Shown here: in pieces, positions 63,898-64,000 of the stretch
Position numbering within the stretch: the first letter of the stretch is position 1
Layout of the letters: each line of letters starts with the position of its first letter
Sequence record: AY587007.1
Reading direction: 5' to 3' (one strand)
Origin: Escherichia phage T5
Length of the DNA stretch: 64,000 nucleotides
Notes under the pieces: model-generated
Seen by the model: the letters and a program-made list of their open reading frames with translations, nothing else
Databases searched by the model: none
Told to the model about the DNA's origin: nothing
Translations under genes and position numbers: made by a program

Positions 63898-64000
63898 ACT
63901 AACTGATTTACTTAAAGATGGGGAAGTAAAAACACTATATCGTAGAAGCTGGGATAACGATAATAACGGCTTAGTGTTGCTAACTTTAGATGCTGACTCG
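63890..64000 (+). CDS. hypothetical protein, 3' end beyond window
   Basis: GTG start with RBS AAGGA overlapping the previous stop; open to the window edge. Confidence 0.3.
   Translation, partial: MSRLTDLLKDGEVKTLYRRSWDNDNNGLVLLTLDADS

Overview
This window reads as the left ~64 kb of a T5-like (Tequintavirus-type) siphovirus genome; that attribution rests on gene content and order recalled from memory, not on a database search. Coordinates 124-4917 carry minus-strand pre-early genes (dmp deoxyribonucleotidase, A1-like metallophosphoesterase, A2-like). Coordinates 4918-10850 are a large repeat-rich, mostly non-coding zone containing an inverted-repeat-flanked plus-strand gene block with LexA-like and DnaA-box motifs at its borders. 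From 10856 to 53518 almost everything is on the minus strand: many small early genes each behind a stereotyped TTGCTW-17-TATAAT promoter, two phosphoesterases, a holin/endolysin pair, dNMP kinase, several HNH and one GIY-YIG homing endonucleases, a cluster of about 24 tRNA genes (28131-40768), a GrcA-like glycyl-radical cofactor, an SPFH protein, RNase H, ThyA, DHFR, NrdB, NrdA and PhoH. From 53880 the strand flips to plus: NrdD, a Sir2-like protein, tandem paralogs, and a 928-aa Walker A/B NTPase. The candidates most worth follow-up are the LexA/DnaA-box inverted-repeat cassette, the TGTGCAAATCCGACA repeat array, a plus-strand island of low-complexity proteins inside the tRNA cluster, and the GrcA-like gene with NrdD but no recognisable NrdG. 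All functional calls are motif-level recollection; tRNA coordinates were folded by hand and may be off by 1-2 nt.
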